Assembly (NCBI GenBank): GCA_020049015.1
Contig: JAIFLP010000101.1
Coordinates: 1 to 41,476, forward strand
Length of the DNA: 41,476 bases
Direction: 5' to 3'
Source: Bacteroidota bacterium
GTDB taxonomy: Bacteria > Bacteroidota > Bacteroidia > Bacteroidales > DTGW01
The notes beneath the pieces are model-generated. The model was given only the letters and a program-made list of their open reading frames with translations, was not told the DNA's origin and searched no databases. A program made the position numbers and the translations under genes. This document shows, in pieces, positions 29,417-39,421 of this stretch (its first letter is position 1; every line of letters begins with the position of its first letter).

Positions 29417-30301
29417 CTATTCCCTTGGATGGGCTTTTGTATATGTGTCTTTTAATTTCTCAAATGTGTTATGGGTGTAAACTTGAGTTGCAGATAAATT
29501 AGCATGTCCCAAAATTTCTTTAATTGCGTTTAAATCAGCGCCTTTGTTTAACATGTGTGTAGCAAAACTATGTCTTAAAACATGAGGGCTTTTCTGATCC
29601 AGTGTGGTCACCATACCTATATATTTTACTACCAATGTGTGAACTTCTTTAGGATAAAGCTTTTTACCTTTTATTCCAACAAAAAAATTAGCAGTTTTAT
29701 TATACAGAAGATTTCTATCCTCAATATACTTTTTTAAAACGGCAACAAACGATGGATGAAAAGGAACTATGCGTTCTTTATTTCTTTTACCCAGTATTTT
29801 CACTTGCGCTGCATAGAAATCGATATCCTCATCCTTTATGTTTATAAGCTCAGATAATCGAATGCCTGTGCGGTAAAAGAATTCTATAATCAAGCGGTTC
29901 CTTTGTGCCATAAACCCACTTCCAAAATCCAAATCTTCAAAGAGCGTTGTTAACGATTTTTCTTCAACAAATGCAGGTAGCCTTTTTTTAGTTTTCGGGG
30001 CTGTAACTTTATCTAAGGGATTATATTCCAAGTGACCTTCCCTTATAAGGAATTTAAAGTAACTTTTTAGAGTCGAAAGCTTCCGGTTTACAGATCTTTC
30101 AGTTATCAATCCATCCATTAACTCTGAAATCCAAGACCTGACATGGCGGTGTGTTATCTCATTTTCTGATTGTAAACCGGTTGTGCCCGATAAAAAACCG
30201 TAAAATTGCCGCAAATCAGTTTCATACGAGATTATCGTATGGGATGAGTACCGTTTTTGATACTTCAGGTAGTCAATGAAACTAATGTTATACCCCAGCA
30301 T
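29417..30301 (-). CDS. xerC: Tyrosine recombinase XerC-like
   Basis: TGIRLSEL, GKRNKERIVP, SPHVLRHSFATH and LGHANLSATQVYTH, in the housekeeping rpsU-xer-hpf context. Confidence 0.88.
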   Translation of the reverse strand: MLGYNISFIDYLKYQKRYSSHTIISYETDLRQFYGFLSGTTGLQSENEITHRHVRSWISELMDGLITERSVNRKLSTLKSYFKFLIREGHLEYNPLDKVTAPKTKKRLPAFVEEKSLTTLFEDLDFGSGFMAQRNRLIIEFFYRTGIRLSELINIKDEDIDFYAAQVKILGKRNKERIVPFHPSFVAVLKKYIEDRNLLYNKTANFFVGIKGKKLYPKEVHTLVVKYIGMVTTLDQKSPHVLRHSFATHMLNKGADLNAIKEILGHANLSATQVYTHNTFEKLKDTYTKAHPRE

Positions 30302-30317
30302 CCCTTAAACAGTGCAA

Positions 30318-30509
30318 CTATTCTTCGTTTGCCTGTAATTGCTGAACGTATATGGCTTTTAACTTAGCTTGTCTTAAACGAATTGATGGCTTTGTGAATG
30401 CCTGTCTGTCACGCAATTCCTTTACAGTCCCTGTTTTTTCAAATTTTCTTTTGAATTTTTTAAGGGAGCGTTCTAAATTTTCGCCTTCTTTAATTGGTAC
30501 AATAATCAT
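30318..30509 (-). CDS. rpsU: 30S ribosomal protein S21
   Basis: IKEGENLERSLKKFKRKF...ELRDRQAFTKPS. Confidence 0.96.
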   Translation of the reverse strand: MIIVPIKEGENLERSLKKFKRKFEKTGTVKELRDRQAFTKPSIRLRQAKLKAIYVQQLQANEE

Positions 30510-30532
30510 AATCCCATTTTTTTTGTGAGCCG

Positions 30533-30540
30533 CAAATTTA
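30533..30540 (-). promoter_or_regulatory. -7 promoter element (TAAATTTG) of rpsU
   Basis: TAnnTTTG followed by CGGC, 23 nt upstream of the ATG. Confidence 0.7.
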
Positions 30541-30657
30541 TAATTTTTGTTTATAATTATATGTTTTTTTAATTAATATTTTACAATTATTGTTATTAAT
30601 GAACAGAAAAATAGCAATAAAATTGCGTAAAAGGGGATATAACAAGCTTTCTAATAC

Positions 30658-31353
30658 TTAAAAGTTTAAATAGGGCTTTATTTTCAAGGCCAAATCTTCT
30701 GAGATGATGTTGTTACTTATAAGCTCATTCAAACTATTTATTTTCCCGTTGTATTTTTTGAATTTCAAAATATCTCCGGCTATGTTTTTTCTTAGGTAGG
30801 GATGGTTTATAAGTGTTTTGTAATCGGCATCATTTATATTTATCTTTTTTAGCCGTGTTGTATCACATGTTGTATAGGATTGAACTTGCTTCAATAAGCT
30901 CGAGTCAATACCATAGACTTCTGATAATTGTGCTGTACTATACCAACCTCCAAGTTTGCGTCCGTACTTTATAATTCTGGAAGCAATAATAGGTCCAATC
31001 CCTTTTAAAAGTGTTAAATCAGCTGAATCGGCATGATTTAAATCCAAAATAGGAATCACTTTCTCCTCCCTTTGCTTTTTGGCATAAAAAGGTTTCTTGC
31101 TTATGAATTCATTTTTTGTAGTCTTATTTCGATACTTTAGTTTTGGTTTTTTTGGATACACCGCTTGTAATTCCTCTTTTTTATTAAGAGCTTTTAGTAA
31201 ATTAGGATCTATACTATTGGCAGGAGGATTTAAGTATTCATAAATGTATGGAAAAGCCAAGCTAATGAGGATGATAAATACCAATACCAGACTGCCGCGG
31301 AACTCTGATTGTCTTATCCCCCATGGGTTATGTATTAAATTTTTAAAATTCAT
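30658..31353 (-). CDS. ComEA-like helix-hairpin-helix DNA-binding membrane protein
   Basis: N-terminal TM helix, LDLNHADSADLTLLKGIGP..ASRIIKY...LGG and a second ININDAD repeat. Confidence 0.85.
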   Translation of the reverse strand: MNFKNLIHNPWGIRQSEFRGSLVLVFIILISLAFPYIYEYLNPPANSIDPNLLKALNKKEELQAVYPKKPKLKYRNKTTKNEFISKKPFYAKKQREEKVIPILDLNHADSADLTLLKGIGPIIASRIIKYGRKLGGWYSTAQLSEVYGIDSSLLKQVQSYTTCDTTRLKKININDADYKTLINHPYLRKNIAGDILKFKKYNGKINSLNELISNNIISEDLALKIKPYLNF

Positions 31354-31376
31354 TTTCTTAATGGTTTAGGGGTATT

Positions 31377-33671
31377 TTAAAAGGGGTAGCCGATACCAAA
31401 ATTATAGCCAAAGTCGTCGGGTTTGTATTTTGTTGGATTTAACTTCCAACGCTGGTTTTCGGGCAACGCTGGATCACGAAGTTTGATACCTACATCGAAT
31501 CTGAAAATGAAGAAAGAGAAATCGACTCTCAGCCCTGAACCATAGTTGATGGCTATTTCTTTATAGAAGCGGTTAGGGTAAAAAATGTGATCATCGAATC
31601 TGCTCTTTACTGACCAAATATTTCCTGCATCTACGAATAATGCGGCAGCAAAGTTGTTTATTATTTTGAAACGATATTCTATATTGGCTTCTAATTTGAT
31701 ATCGGCTGTTTTAATAGGGAAACCTGTGGTTTTGGTTGTGTCAGAGCCGGGTCCTAAATCTCGGATTTGCCATGCTCGCATACCATTTGCTCCTCCTGAA
31801 AAATATCGTTTTTCAAAAGGCATTGCACGGGAATTTCCGTATGGTAATGCCCAGCCGCCAAAGATGCGGTAAGCAATATGATCGGTGCGGTTTACTGGTC
31901 GATAGAATCTTACGTCAATATCGCTTTTTACATACTGAGCAAATTCTAAATTAAATAATTCATAGGCTCCATTAGTATTTACTTGTTTGTCTGTTAGGTT
32001 GTATATACCCCGCAGAATATTGCCTGCTAATTCCCCTCCAATTCTGAAATACATAGATGGATTATTTTGTGAAGGATTATTGCTGTTGTATATAAATGAC
32101 ATACTAGAGGCTGTTACTATATGGTTATAGTAAATAAACTGATAATAACTATTATTAAAAAAATCGGTTGTTTTAGGTAATTGCACAAAAGTTAATTCAA
32201 AAGGATTAACAAAAAAATTGGTATAAGTATTTCCTTTCCAGTTGTAACCGAAGTTTGTATTAATCATGGTGTATATATAGTCAGGCCTAGCTTGATAATT
32301 ATAAGCTAGTTGTATGTTGGTTTTGGGATTATACTTTTTAACAAAATTTATTTGAGAGAATGGCAGTAATAATTGCGGGATACTGAGTGATAGTTCCGAA
32401 CCAAAAGCGGTAGTGTTATAAATTGTAGGATCATCTTTTTTTCTGAGAGTTTCAAAAGCTCCCCGCACTTTAAATTCTAGTATTTGTGCTCTTTTAAAGA
32501 GGTTTTTATGTTGATACGAAGTGTTAAATGCAATTCCCAAATGACCTGTATTATTGGTTCCTTCAATTTGAGCTTGATATGATTGTCGGTTATAAGCCGA
32601 AAGTGAAATATGAGCATCTAACTGGTAATGACAATCTGTGCTATCATTTAAAGGAACTTCGGTATAAACTATTTGTACTGTTTTGAAATTTCTAAGCGAG
32701 TTTATTTTTTGCAATGTATGTTCAGTTTCACTTGATTTGTATTGGTGTCCGGGAAGGATGTAAACGGATTGTGTTAGCGTGCGGGGTGTATATTTATTAT
32801 TACCATTACTGATGATATAAATATCGTCATGCAGGAGGGTATCAGTGTAAGCCGGTTTTAAATTGTCGGCTTGAGATATATAATCAGGATAGATATAAAC
32901 ATTTCGAATGGAATATCTTTTATGATTTTCCGAGCTAATTCTGTTTGCAGAATCAACTTGCAAATGTTTAGTAAAACCGATGGTAAGATTTACTTTATAA
33001 TTTCCAATACTGGTATCTGCCTCATAGTAAATAAATTCTTTATTAAAAAAATAAAACCCTAAATTCTTAATCAATCCTTCTAGTCTTTCTCTTTCCAGTT
33101 GCAATAAATCCAGATCAAATCGTTGACCTCTATGAATTAATCGAGCCGATGTATCAGGAAGGATATGGTGCATCAGGAGGCTATCATCGAATTTATATTC
33201 TATATTGTTTATAAAATATGGTTTACCGGTTGTGATTTGGTAAGAAGTATAGGATTTTTTATTTTTGAAAACGCTAGTATCAGAAACAACAGGATAAAAA
33301 TATCCTTTATTATTAAGAAAAACATACATCTGATTACGAGTTCTTCTTACTTCCCCTTCATCATAAATTACGGGTTCTTCCCCAATTTTTCTAAGCCATT
33401 TGTTTATTTTGGAACTACTTTTTTCATTCGATTGATTAAATAGCCAAAGGTGAAAACGGCCGCCCAATATTTTTTTATTGGGTTTTTGTTTCAGTATTCG
33501 CTGCAATTCGTAAATCTGAATGGCGCTGTTATCGCAATAAATGCTATTTTTCTCAACTAAATATTTCCCATCGGGTATTTTTTTAGTTGGGTTGCAAGCA
33601 ATTAAAAACAATATTGTAGAACCGTACAGGAATCGCTGCAAATATTTGTATACGTGTATTGTTGATAGCAA
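31377..33671 (-). CDS. BamA/TamA (Omp85) family outer-membrane lipoprotein
   Basis: Lipobox-like LIAC, POTRA-like region, FSGGANGMRAW...LGPG, LFVDAGNIW and C-terminal NFGIGYPF. The exact start is uncertain. Confidence 0.9.
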   Translation of the reverse strand: MLSTIHVYKYLQRFLYGSTILFLIACNPTKKIPDGKYLVEKNSIYCDNSAIQIYELQRILKQKPNKKILGGRFHLWLFNQSNEKSSSKINKWLRKIGEEPVIYDEGEVRRTRNQMYVFLNNKGYFYPVVSDTSVFKNKKSYTSYQITTGKPYFINNIEYKFDDSLLMHHILPDTSARLIHRGQRFDLDLLQLERERLEGLIKNLGFYFFNKEFIYYEADTSIGNYKVNLTIGFTKHLQVDSANRISSENHKRYSIRNVYIYPDYISQADNLKPAYTDTLLHDDIYIISNGNNKYTPRTLTQSVYILPGHQYKSSETEHTLQKINSLRNFKTVQIVYTEVPLNDSTDCHYQLDAHISLSAYNRQSYQAQIEGTNNTGHLGIAFNTSYQHKNLFKRAQILEFKVRGAFETLRKKDDPTIYNTTAFGSELSLSIPQLLLPFSQINFVKKYNPKTNIQLAYNYQARPDYIYTMINTNFGYNWKGNTYTNFFVNPFELTFVQLPKTTDFFNNSYYQFIYYNHIVTASSMSFIYNSNNPSQNNPSMYFRIGGELAGNILRGIYNLTDKQVNTNGAYELFNLEFAQYVKSDIDVRFYRPVNRTDHIAYRIFGGWALPYGNSRAMPFEKRYFSGGANGMRAWQIRDLGPGSDTTKTTGFPIKTADIKLEANIEYRFKIINNFAAALFVDAGNIWSVKSRFDDHIFYPNRFYKEIAINYGSGLRVDFSFFIFRFDVGIKLRDPALPENQRWKLNPTKYKPDDFGYNFGIGYPF

Positions 33672-33687
33672 ATTATTGATTTTACCA

Positions 33688-33695
33688 CAAAGATA
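33688..33695 (-). promoter_or_regulatory. -7 promoter element (TATCTTTG) for the Omp85 gene
   Basis: TAnnTTTG in the divergent intergenic region. Confidence 0.55.
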
Positions 33696-33737
33696 ATAGA
33701 AAATGTTTTATAAAGTTCCGGAATATTACTTTTAGGG

Positions 33738-33745
33738 TATATTTG
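33738..33745 (+). promoter_or_regulatory. -7 promoter element (TATATTTG) for the TrmH gene
   Basis: TAnnTTTG 15 nt before the ATG at 33761. Confidence 0.6.
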
Positions 33746-33760
33746 CATGAAAATAGCAGT

Positions 33761-34543
33761 ATGAAAATCAGCAAAAATGAGATCAAATATATCAGACAAC
33801 TGCATCAGAAGAAATATCGTGATGAGCGAGGGGTATTTATGGCTCAGGGTGAAAAGTTGGTGAAGGAGTGCATACAATTTCAGAAGGGATTAGAGTATTT
33901 GGTGGCAGGTGAAGAATGGATAAAAGAGCAAGGGCGGTATTTTGTAAATAATAATAAATTGCTGGTGAAAGAAGCCAGTTTTTTGGAGATGCAGCAAATT
34001 ACTACTTTAACTACGCCGCCAGAAGTGTTGTTGGTGATGAAGAAATTGTTACCTCCTCAAGATTTAAATCCAGAAAAGGGTAAATGGTCTTTATTATTGG
34101 ATGGGATAAAGGATCCGGGTAATATGGGTACAATATTGCGTTTGGCCGATTGGTTTGGGATTACCAGTGTTTTTTGTACTTTAGGGACAGTTGAATTGTA
34201 TAATCCAAAGGTAATACAAGCCAGTATGGGTGCATTTTTGAGAGTTAATGTGAGTTATATCGAAAATGATTGGCTTGAAAATATGAAAAGGCTAGGCTTT
34301 GATTTGGCAGGTGCTGATTTGGAAGGAAAAAATATTTATGAAGAAGATTTTAGGGGAGGGGGAATTTTGGTATTGGGAAACGAAGCCCATGGATTATCAA
34401 TGGGCTTGGAGGCTTTGTTAAATAAAAAAATAACGATTCCCAGTTTTGGAAAGCGTAAGACTAGTGAATCATTGAATGTAGCGATGGCTACAGCAGTAAT
34501 ATGCGGGGAAATAAGCAGACAGATGATGAATTATTCGAAGTGA
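33761..34543 (+). CDS. TrmH/SpoU family RNA 2'-O-methyltransferase
   Basis: LDGIKDPGNMGTILR, LVLGNEAHG and ESLNVAMA. The start was moved to the ATG at 33761. Confidence 0.92.
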   Translation: MKISKNEIKYIRQLHQKKYRDERGVFMAQGEKLVKECIQFQKGLEYLVAGEEWIKEQGRYFVNNNKLLVKEASFLEMQQITTLTTPPEVLLVMKKLLPPQDLNPEKGKWSLLLDGIKDPGNMGTILRLADWFGITSVFCTLGTVELYNPKVIQASMGAFLRVNVSYIENDWLENMKRLGFDLAGADLEGKNIYEEDFRGGGILVLGNEAHGLSMGLEALLNKKITIPSFGKRKTSESLNVAMATAVICGEISRQMMNYSK

Positions 34544-35244
34544 AAAGATACCATTACGATTTTCGATGTAAGTTTATCAAACGATCTGGCATACTGCTCA
34601 TTAAAGGGCGCAGGTTCATGTACTAAAACGTCATTAAAACCAAGACACAATTTTATTTCGTAGGCAAATTTAAAATATTGCATATAATTGTCGACACCGA
34701 AGCCTGCTTCTAAATAAAAATCCAAAGGTTTAAGTCTTACATATACTTCACTCTCCTCGTTATAGTCTTTTCGGGCAGCGAGATCGTATTTGGCGCTTAA
34801 TCCGGCAATAAAGTAGGGGGCAAAATTATTAACGCGTTTGGCTCGGTATTTAAAGAGGAAAGGCAGGTCTATAAAATTTGATTCAATGCGCATTTTCGAA
34901 GCCAGTTGATTGCCTTTGTAAAATGATAGGCTGCGCTGCCCAAAATTAATCCCGGGCATGCAACGGAGGTTGAAATACTTGCCCAAGCGCAAATCGGAGA
35001 TAACATTTACTTGAAATCCGGGTTCCATGATGGCAACATCGCCAAAAAGGGTGTCGTTGTTGGCAAAATCGATGGAGCGCCTAAAGCTGAAATCCATTCC
35101 ATTTAAACCGAGAGAAAATCCGAAATGCAAGCGTCTATCGTCATGAGTAGGATCGTTCATCACTTTGGGTTTCTGACCAGATGCTTCATAGTTGAATGTA
35201 AGGGCAGATAAGAATATTATGATATTAATTTTCAGCAAGTGCAT
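34531..35244 (-). CDS. porT: Type IX secretion outer-membrane protein PorT/SprT
   Basis: D.R.LHFGF.LGLN, PGF.V...DLRL...NLR..PG..FGQR, R.NN..PY...G and C-terminal FHFE. It lies downstream of menG; the start is uncertain (35244 or 35259). Confidence 0.8.
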   Translation of the reverse strand: MHLLKINIIIFLSALTFNYEASGQKPKVMNDPTHDDRRLHFGFSLGLNGMDFSFRRSIDFANNDTLFGDVAIMEPGFQVNVISDLRLGKYFNLRCMPGINFGQRSLSFYKGNQLASKMRIESNFIDLPFLFKYRAKRVNNFAPYFIAGLSAKYDLAARKDYNEESEVYVRLKPLDFYLEAGFGVDNYMQYFKFAYEIKLCLGFNDVLVHEPAPFNEQYARSFDKLTSKIVMVSFHFE

Positions 35245-35296
35245 ATAGGCAAAACGCATTTGAGGCGAAAATAGTATTTAATTTGCACATTCAAGT

Positions 35297-36025
35297 CTAT
35301 TTTGTACAAAAATAAGCAGAACAAATACCTCCGCTGTATTTTTTTTGTTGAATTGGTTGAAACCCACAAGAGATAAGGATATTTATAAATTCTTCATCTT
35401 GTGGAAACTGCAAAACAGAAGCGGGTAAGTAGGTATATGCTTCTGCATCTTTGGATAAAGTTTTTCCTAAAAAAGGCAGGATAGACTTAAAGTAAAACAG
35501 GTAGAGTTGTTTTAGGGGGAAGAAATGGGGTTTAGAAAATTCGAGAATGAGTACTTTTCCGTTTGGTTTTAAAACACGAAACATTTCAATGAGTCCTTTT
35601 TGAAGGTTTTCAAAATTCCTCACCCCAAACGCAACGGTAATGATATCGAAGCTGTGATCGGGAAAAGTCATATTTTCAGAGTCTCCTGTTTGCAATGAGA
35701 TAATGTGTTGCTGCTTTTTTTTGTTGATTTTTACCCTGCCGTATTCGAGCATTTTTTCGGAGATATCTATACCCACAATTTTTTCGGGTTGAAGTTTCAG
35801 ACAAGCCAAGGCCAAATCGCCTGTACCAGTTGCCACATCAAGAATTACAGGTTTTTTTTCGATGGATAGATTTGATAATATTTTTATGGCATTATATCTC
35901 CAGTAGGTATCAATATGTAAAGAAAGAAAGTGGTTTAAAAAATCATATTTTCCAGCAATATTGTCGAACATGCGGGAAACTTGAGATTTCTTATTATCAG
36001 AATCGGAATAAGGTTTTATTGACAT
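35297..36025 (-). CDS. menG: Demethylmenaquinone methyltransferase UbiE/MenG
   Basis: MFDNIAGKYDFLNH.LS, ILDVATGTGD, VAFGVRNF, ILEFS and AYTYLPAS. The start was moved to the ATG at 36025; a TATCTTTG promoter lies at 36038-36045. Confidence 0.93.
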   Translation of the reverse strand: MSIKPYSDSDNKKSQVSRMFDNIAGKYDFLNHFLSLHIDTYWRYNAIKILSNLSIEKKPVILDVATGTGDLALACLKLQPEKIVGIDISEKMLEYGRVKINKKKQQHIISLQTGDSENMTFPDHSFDIITVAFGVRNFENLQKGLIEMFRVLKPNGKVLILEFSKPHFFPLKQLYLFYFKSILPFLGKTLSKDAEAYTYLPASVLQFPQDEEFINILISCGFQPIQQKKYSGGICSAYFCTK

Positions 36026-36053
36026 GAATTTTTTGTGCAAAGATATAAAAAGA

Positions 36054-36079
36054 AAATGGATGGCTTGAACCATCCATTT
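36054..36079 (-). terminator. Intrinsic terminator after asnB
   Basis: AAATGGATGG-cttgaa-CCATCCATTT inverted repeat followed by TCTTTTT on the minus strand. Confidence 0.75.
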
Positions 36080-36085
36080 CTAGAA

Positions 36086-37675
36086 TTATTTTGCAACTGA
36101 TTTTTCATGTATTTCATTTGCTCTACCTGAAGGATCTTCACTTTTCTGCCATTTTGGTACCCATTTAAGAACACTTTTTACAGCATCGATGTGCGGGTAG
36201 TATTTTTCGAATATACTACGGTAGTAGAAAGCCTCTTTAGTAGAGGGTGTATTATGAGGAAATCTTTTGGCAGCGGTTGCAAATTCAGCATCTGATACCA
36301 TTTTTGTTGTATGGGCAACGATGGAATCAATCCAGTTGTATCCAACGCCATCGCTGAATTGTTCCTTTTGTCTCCAAAGAATTTCAGCAGGTAAATAGGG
36401 ATCGTTTTTATCGTCAAAAGCTCTGCGCAGAATGTCTTTCTCCATTTTACCTGCGGCTTTGTTGGGTTGTTTTGATTCGGGATTAAAAGTCATAACAGCA
36501 CCAACAAAATATCTATCTAAGAAAGGCACTCGTACTTCTAAGCCATGAGCCATGGTTGATTTATCGGCACGCAAACAGTCGGCTGTAGATAGGAGGCCAA
36601 CTCGGCGGATGGTTTCTTTTTGGAATTCCTCAGCTGAAGGGGCATTATGGAAATATAAGTATCCACCAAATATTTCATCGGCACCTTCTCCGGATAGTAC
36701 TACCTTGATTCCACTTTCGGTAATTGCCTTGGCCAAAAAGTACATAGGCGTTGAGGCGCGAATGGTAGTTACATCGTATGATTCGAGGTACCAAATAAGT
36801 TTTTCAACAATAGCTATGCCTTCTTCAACTGTAAAAGTGATTTCGTGGTGTTTGGTTCCAATAAATTCTGCAACTTTTCGGGCCGCTTTCATATCAGGAA
36901 CATCGTGATTGAGGCCTACGGAGAAAGAATGTAGCTCTTGATTGGTTCCTCTCATTATGCGTTTGGTAATAGATGAAATAAGGCTAGAATCGAGACCACC
37001 TGACAATAATACACCTAGTGGCACATCGCTCATAAGGCGTTTTTTAGTAGCTAAGGTAAGAGCATCATTTAATTTTACTGTATTACCATCATCTACACCC
37101 TCGTTATAATCAAAATAGCGAGGTTTGTAATATCTTACCAAGCCTTTTTCGCTTGAATAATAATGTCCAGGAGGAAAAGCTTCGAAATGTTCGCATTGGT
37201 CGGCAATAGGTTTCATTTCGGAAGAAAAGTATAAGTTACCTGCTTTGTCTTTACCATAATATAGAGGTTTAACACCAATGGGATCGCGACCGGCTAAAAA
37301 TTTATCACCATCAATTACAACAAAAGAGAAATCACCATCTAGGAAATTGCAAATTTCATCGCCAAATTCTTCATATAAATGTACAATTATTTCGCTGTCG
37401 CAGGTGGTTCTGAAATCATGACTAGGCAGCATGGCGCGCAGTTCAGCGTGGTTATAAATCTCACCATTGTGCACTACCCATGCATTATTGGTGCCCTGTA
37501 TTGGTTGGCGACCCGTTTTTAAATCAATAATGGAGAGTCTTTCGTGTGAAAGGATATATCCATTTGGAGCTTGGTAGATTCCGTTTTCGTCTGGCCCCCT
37601 GTGGCTCATACGGGCTGATAACTGCTTTATTTCCTGCACATCCCGTTTACCTATAACTGCTAATATTCCGCACAT
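36086..37675 (-). CDS. asnB: Asparagine synthase (glutamine-hydrolysing)
   Basis: N-terminal MCGI (Ntn Cys), HRGPD, NGEIYN, LSGGLDSS, SGEGADE and WRQKEQFSDGVG. Confidence 0.97.
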   Translation of the reverse strand: MCGILAVIGKRDVQEIKQLSARMSHRGPDENGIYQAPNGYILSHERLSIIDLKTGRQPIQGTNNAWVVHNGEIYNHAELRAMLPSHDFRTTCDSEIIVHLYEEFGDEICNFLDGDFSFVVIDGDKFLAGRDPIGVKPLYYGKDKAGNLYFSSEMKPIADQCEHFEAFPPGHYYSSEKGLVRYYKPRYFDYNEGVDDGNTVKLNDALTLATKKRLMSDVPLGVLLSGGLDSSLISSITKRIMRGTNQELHSFSVGLNHDVPDMKAARKVAEFIGTKHHEITFTVEEGIAIVEKLIWYLESYDVTTIRASTPMYFLAKAITESGIKVVLSGEGADEIFGGYLYFHNAPSAEEFQKETIRRVGLLSTADCLRADKSTMAHGLEVRVPFLDRYFVGAVMTFNPESKQPNKAAGKMEKDILRRAFDDKNDPYLPAEILWRQKEQFSDGVGYNWIDSIVAHTTKMVSDAEFATAAKRFPHNTPSTKEAFYYRSIFEKYYPHIDAVKSVLKWVPKWQKSEDPSGRANEIHEKSVAK

Positions 37676-38143
37676 AATATTTAAGTTTTAATATTTTTTG
37701 CAATAATAAATTGTAATCAATAATTTCTGATACAAAAATAATAGAAAAATATAAAAAATCAAAGAAAAATACGAAAATGTTATAAAAAAACTCAAAAAAC
37801 AGCAAAAATGTATTAATTGTTGATAGAAAATAGATGATTTGATTTAAAATCATCTATTTAATTACAATTTGAATGTTATATATTTTTACTAAAACTATCA
37901 TTTAATTAATAAAATGGTATCATAAAAGGGTAGATGGATGTTGAAAGTCAGGTATTTTTAAAACAACCTTATAGAAGTATAGGGGGACGGGGAAGAAAAA
38001 TCGATATTTAGAAACCTTAGGCTTCAGATTTGAGGTTACAGTTTGATAGTTGTAAATATTGATATGTAAATTGAATATTATAAACGTTAGCACTTTTTAA
38101 GTGCAACTTTTATATTTTTATTTTTTGGTTTCAAAAATAATTG

Positions 38144-38170
38144 TAAATTTGTAACCATTGTGTAAGGTTA
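38144..38170 (+). promoter_or_regulatory. Methyltransferase promoter (-7 TAAATTTG) with an adjacent inverted repeat TAACC-N9-GGTTA
   Basis: TAnnTTTG at 38144-38151, TTTG at 38124-38127, and an inverted repeat at 38152-38170 covering the expected TSS. Confidence 0.5.
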
Positions 38171-38182
38171 AGTAATTTGGTT

Positions 38183-39421
38183 ATGAAAGAATATTTAACA
38201 CTGTCTGAAGTAGCAGAATTTGTAGGTAAGAGTAAGGAAACTTTAAGAAGATGGGACAGGGAAGGTAAATTAACAGCTGTTCGTGAACCTATGAGTAATT
38301 ATAGGGTTTATAAACGAGACCAAATTGAAATTTTTTTTAAAGAATTTACAAATTTCAAAATCCAAGCATCAGACCTTAACTATGTTGTACCAGAAAATAA
38401 ATATACCGTATTGGAGTTATTTGCAGGCGCTGGAGGATTAGCTGTTGGTTTGGAAAAAGCAGGATTAAAATGTGTTGCCTTAAATGAAATTGATAAATGG
38501 GCTTGTGAAACATTGCGTACAAATCGTCCTAATTGGAAAGTTTTTGAAGGAGATATTAAGCTGTTTGATTTTTCAGCTTACCATAATAAAATAGATGTTG
38601 TAACTGGAGGTTTCCCATGTCAAGCATTTAGCTATGCTGGCAAAAAACTTGGCTTAAACGATGCACGAGGCACTTTATTTTATGAATTTGCAAGGGTAGT
38701 TAAAGAAGTTAATCCCCCTATATGTATTGGTGAGAATGTTAGAGGCTTATTAAGTCATGAAAATGGCAAAACATTACAAGGCATGATATCTATATTGGAC
38801 GAAATTGGTTATAATGTTGTTCCATATCAAGTTTTAAAAGCCATAAACTATAATGTGCCTCAAAAGCGAGAACGGTTAATAATAGTGGGAATTAGAAAAG
38901 ATATCAATACTAGATATGAATATCCTATTCCAAGTAAAAAAGTTTATAATCTTTATGATGCTCTGAAAAAGGGCGAACTATTTGATTGCAACGTTCCTTT
39001 TTCGGAAGGAGCAAAGTATCCTAATAGTAAGAAAAAAGTATTAGATTTAGTGCCTCAGAAGGGCTATTGGCGAGATTTACCCGTAGAAATACAGAAAGAA
39101 TTTATGGGTCAAAGTTTTTATTTGGGGGGTGGCAAAACAGGAATGGCTCGCAGAATTGGATGGGATGAGCCTTGTTTAACTTTAACTTGTAGTCCTGCTC
39201 AAAAACAAACGGAAAGATGTCATCCAGAGGAGACACGTCCTTTTACAGTTAGAGAATATGCAAGAATCCAAACTTTCCCAGATGATTGGACTTTTTCGGG
39301 TTCTACAGCTCAACAATACAAACAAATAGGAAACGCTGTTCCTGTTAATTTAGGTAAAGAAGTAGGATTCTCAATCGTGAAATTTCTAAACAATTATTAC
39401 CGTGAATTAAAAATGAAATAA
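38183..39421 (+). CDS. Type II DNA (cytosine-5) methyltransferase with N-terminal MerR/excisionase-type HTH
   Basis: LTLSEVAEFVGKSKETLRRWDREGKL (HTH), ELFAGAGG (I), GGFPCQAFS (IV), ENVRGL (VI), PQKRER (VIII), REYARIQTFP and QIGNAVP (IX/X). The TRD resembles the Sau96I/Eco47II type. Confidence 0.93.
   Translation: MKEYLTLSEVAEFVGKSKETLRRWDREGKLTAVREPMSNYRVYKRDQIEIFFKEFTNFKIQASDLNYVVPENKYTVLELFAGAGGLAVGLEKAGLKCVALNEIDKWACETLRTNRPNWKVFEGDIKLFDFSAYHNKIDVVTGGFPCQAFSYAGKKLGLNDARGTLFYEFARVVKEVNPPICIGENVRGLLSHENGKTLQGMISILDEIGYNVVPYQVLKAINYNVPQKRERLIIVGIRKDINTRYEYPIPSKKVYNLYDALKKGELFDCNVPFSEGAKYPNSKKKVLDLVPQKGYWRDLPVEIQKEFMGQSFYLGGGKTGMARRIGWDEPCLTLTCSPAQKQTERCHPEETRPFTVREYARIQTFPDDWTFSGSTAQQYKQIGNAVPVNLGKEVGFSIVKFLNNYYRELKMK

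Noticed and set aside
29417-30301. Phage/ICE integrase next to the tRNA cluster
   Set aside because: Its size and motifs fit XerC, it sits in the conserved rpsU-xerC-hpf context, and there is no att duplication or cargo.
1039-36908. Numerous short antisense or alternate-frame ORFs in the track (e.g. 1486-1770, 13637-14041, 24256-24585, 25341-25664, 28537-28776, 36552-36908)
   Set aside because: They are shadows of well-supported genes or tRNAs and have no recognisable motifs.
37647-37853. 68-aa Phe/Ile-rich ORF upstream of asnB (possible leader or membrane peptide)
   Set aside because: It is a low-complexity translation of AT-rich promoter DNA and overlaps the asnB start out of frame.
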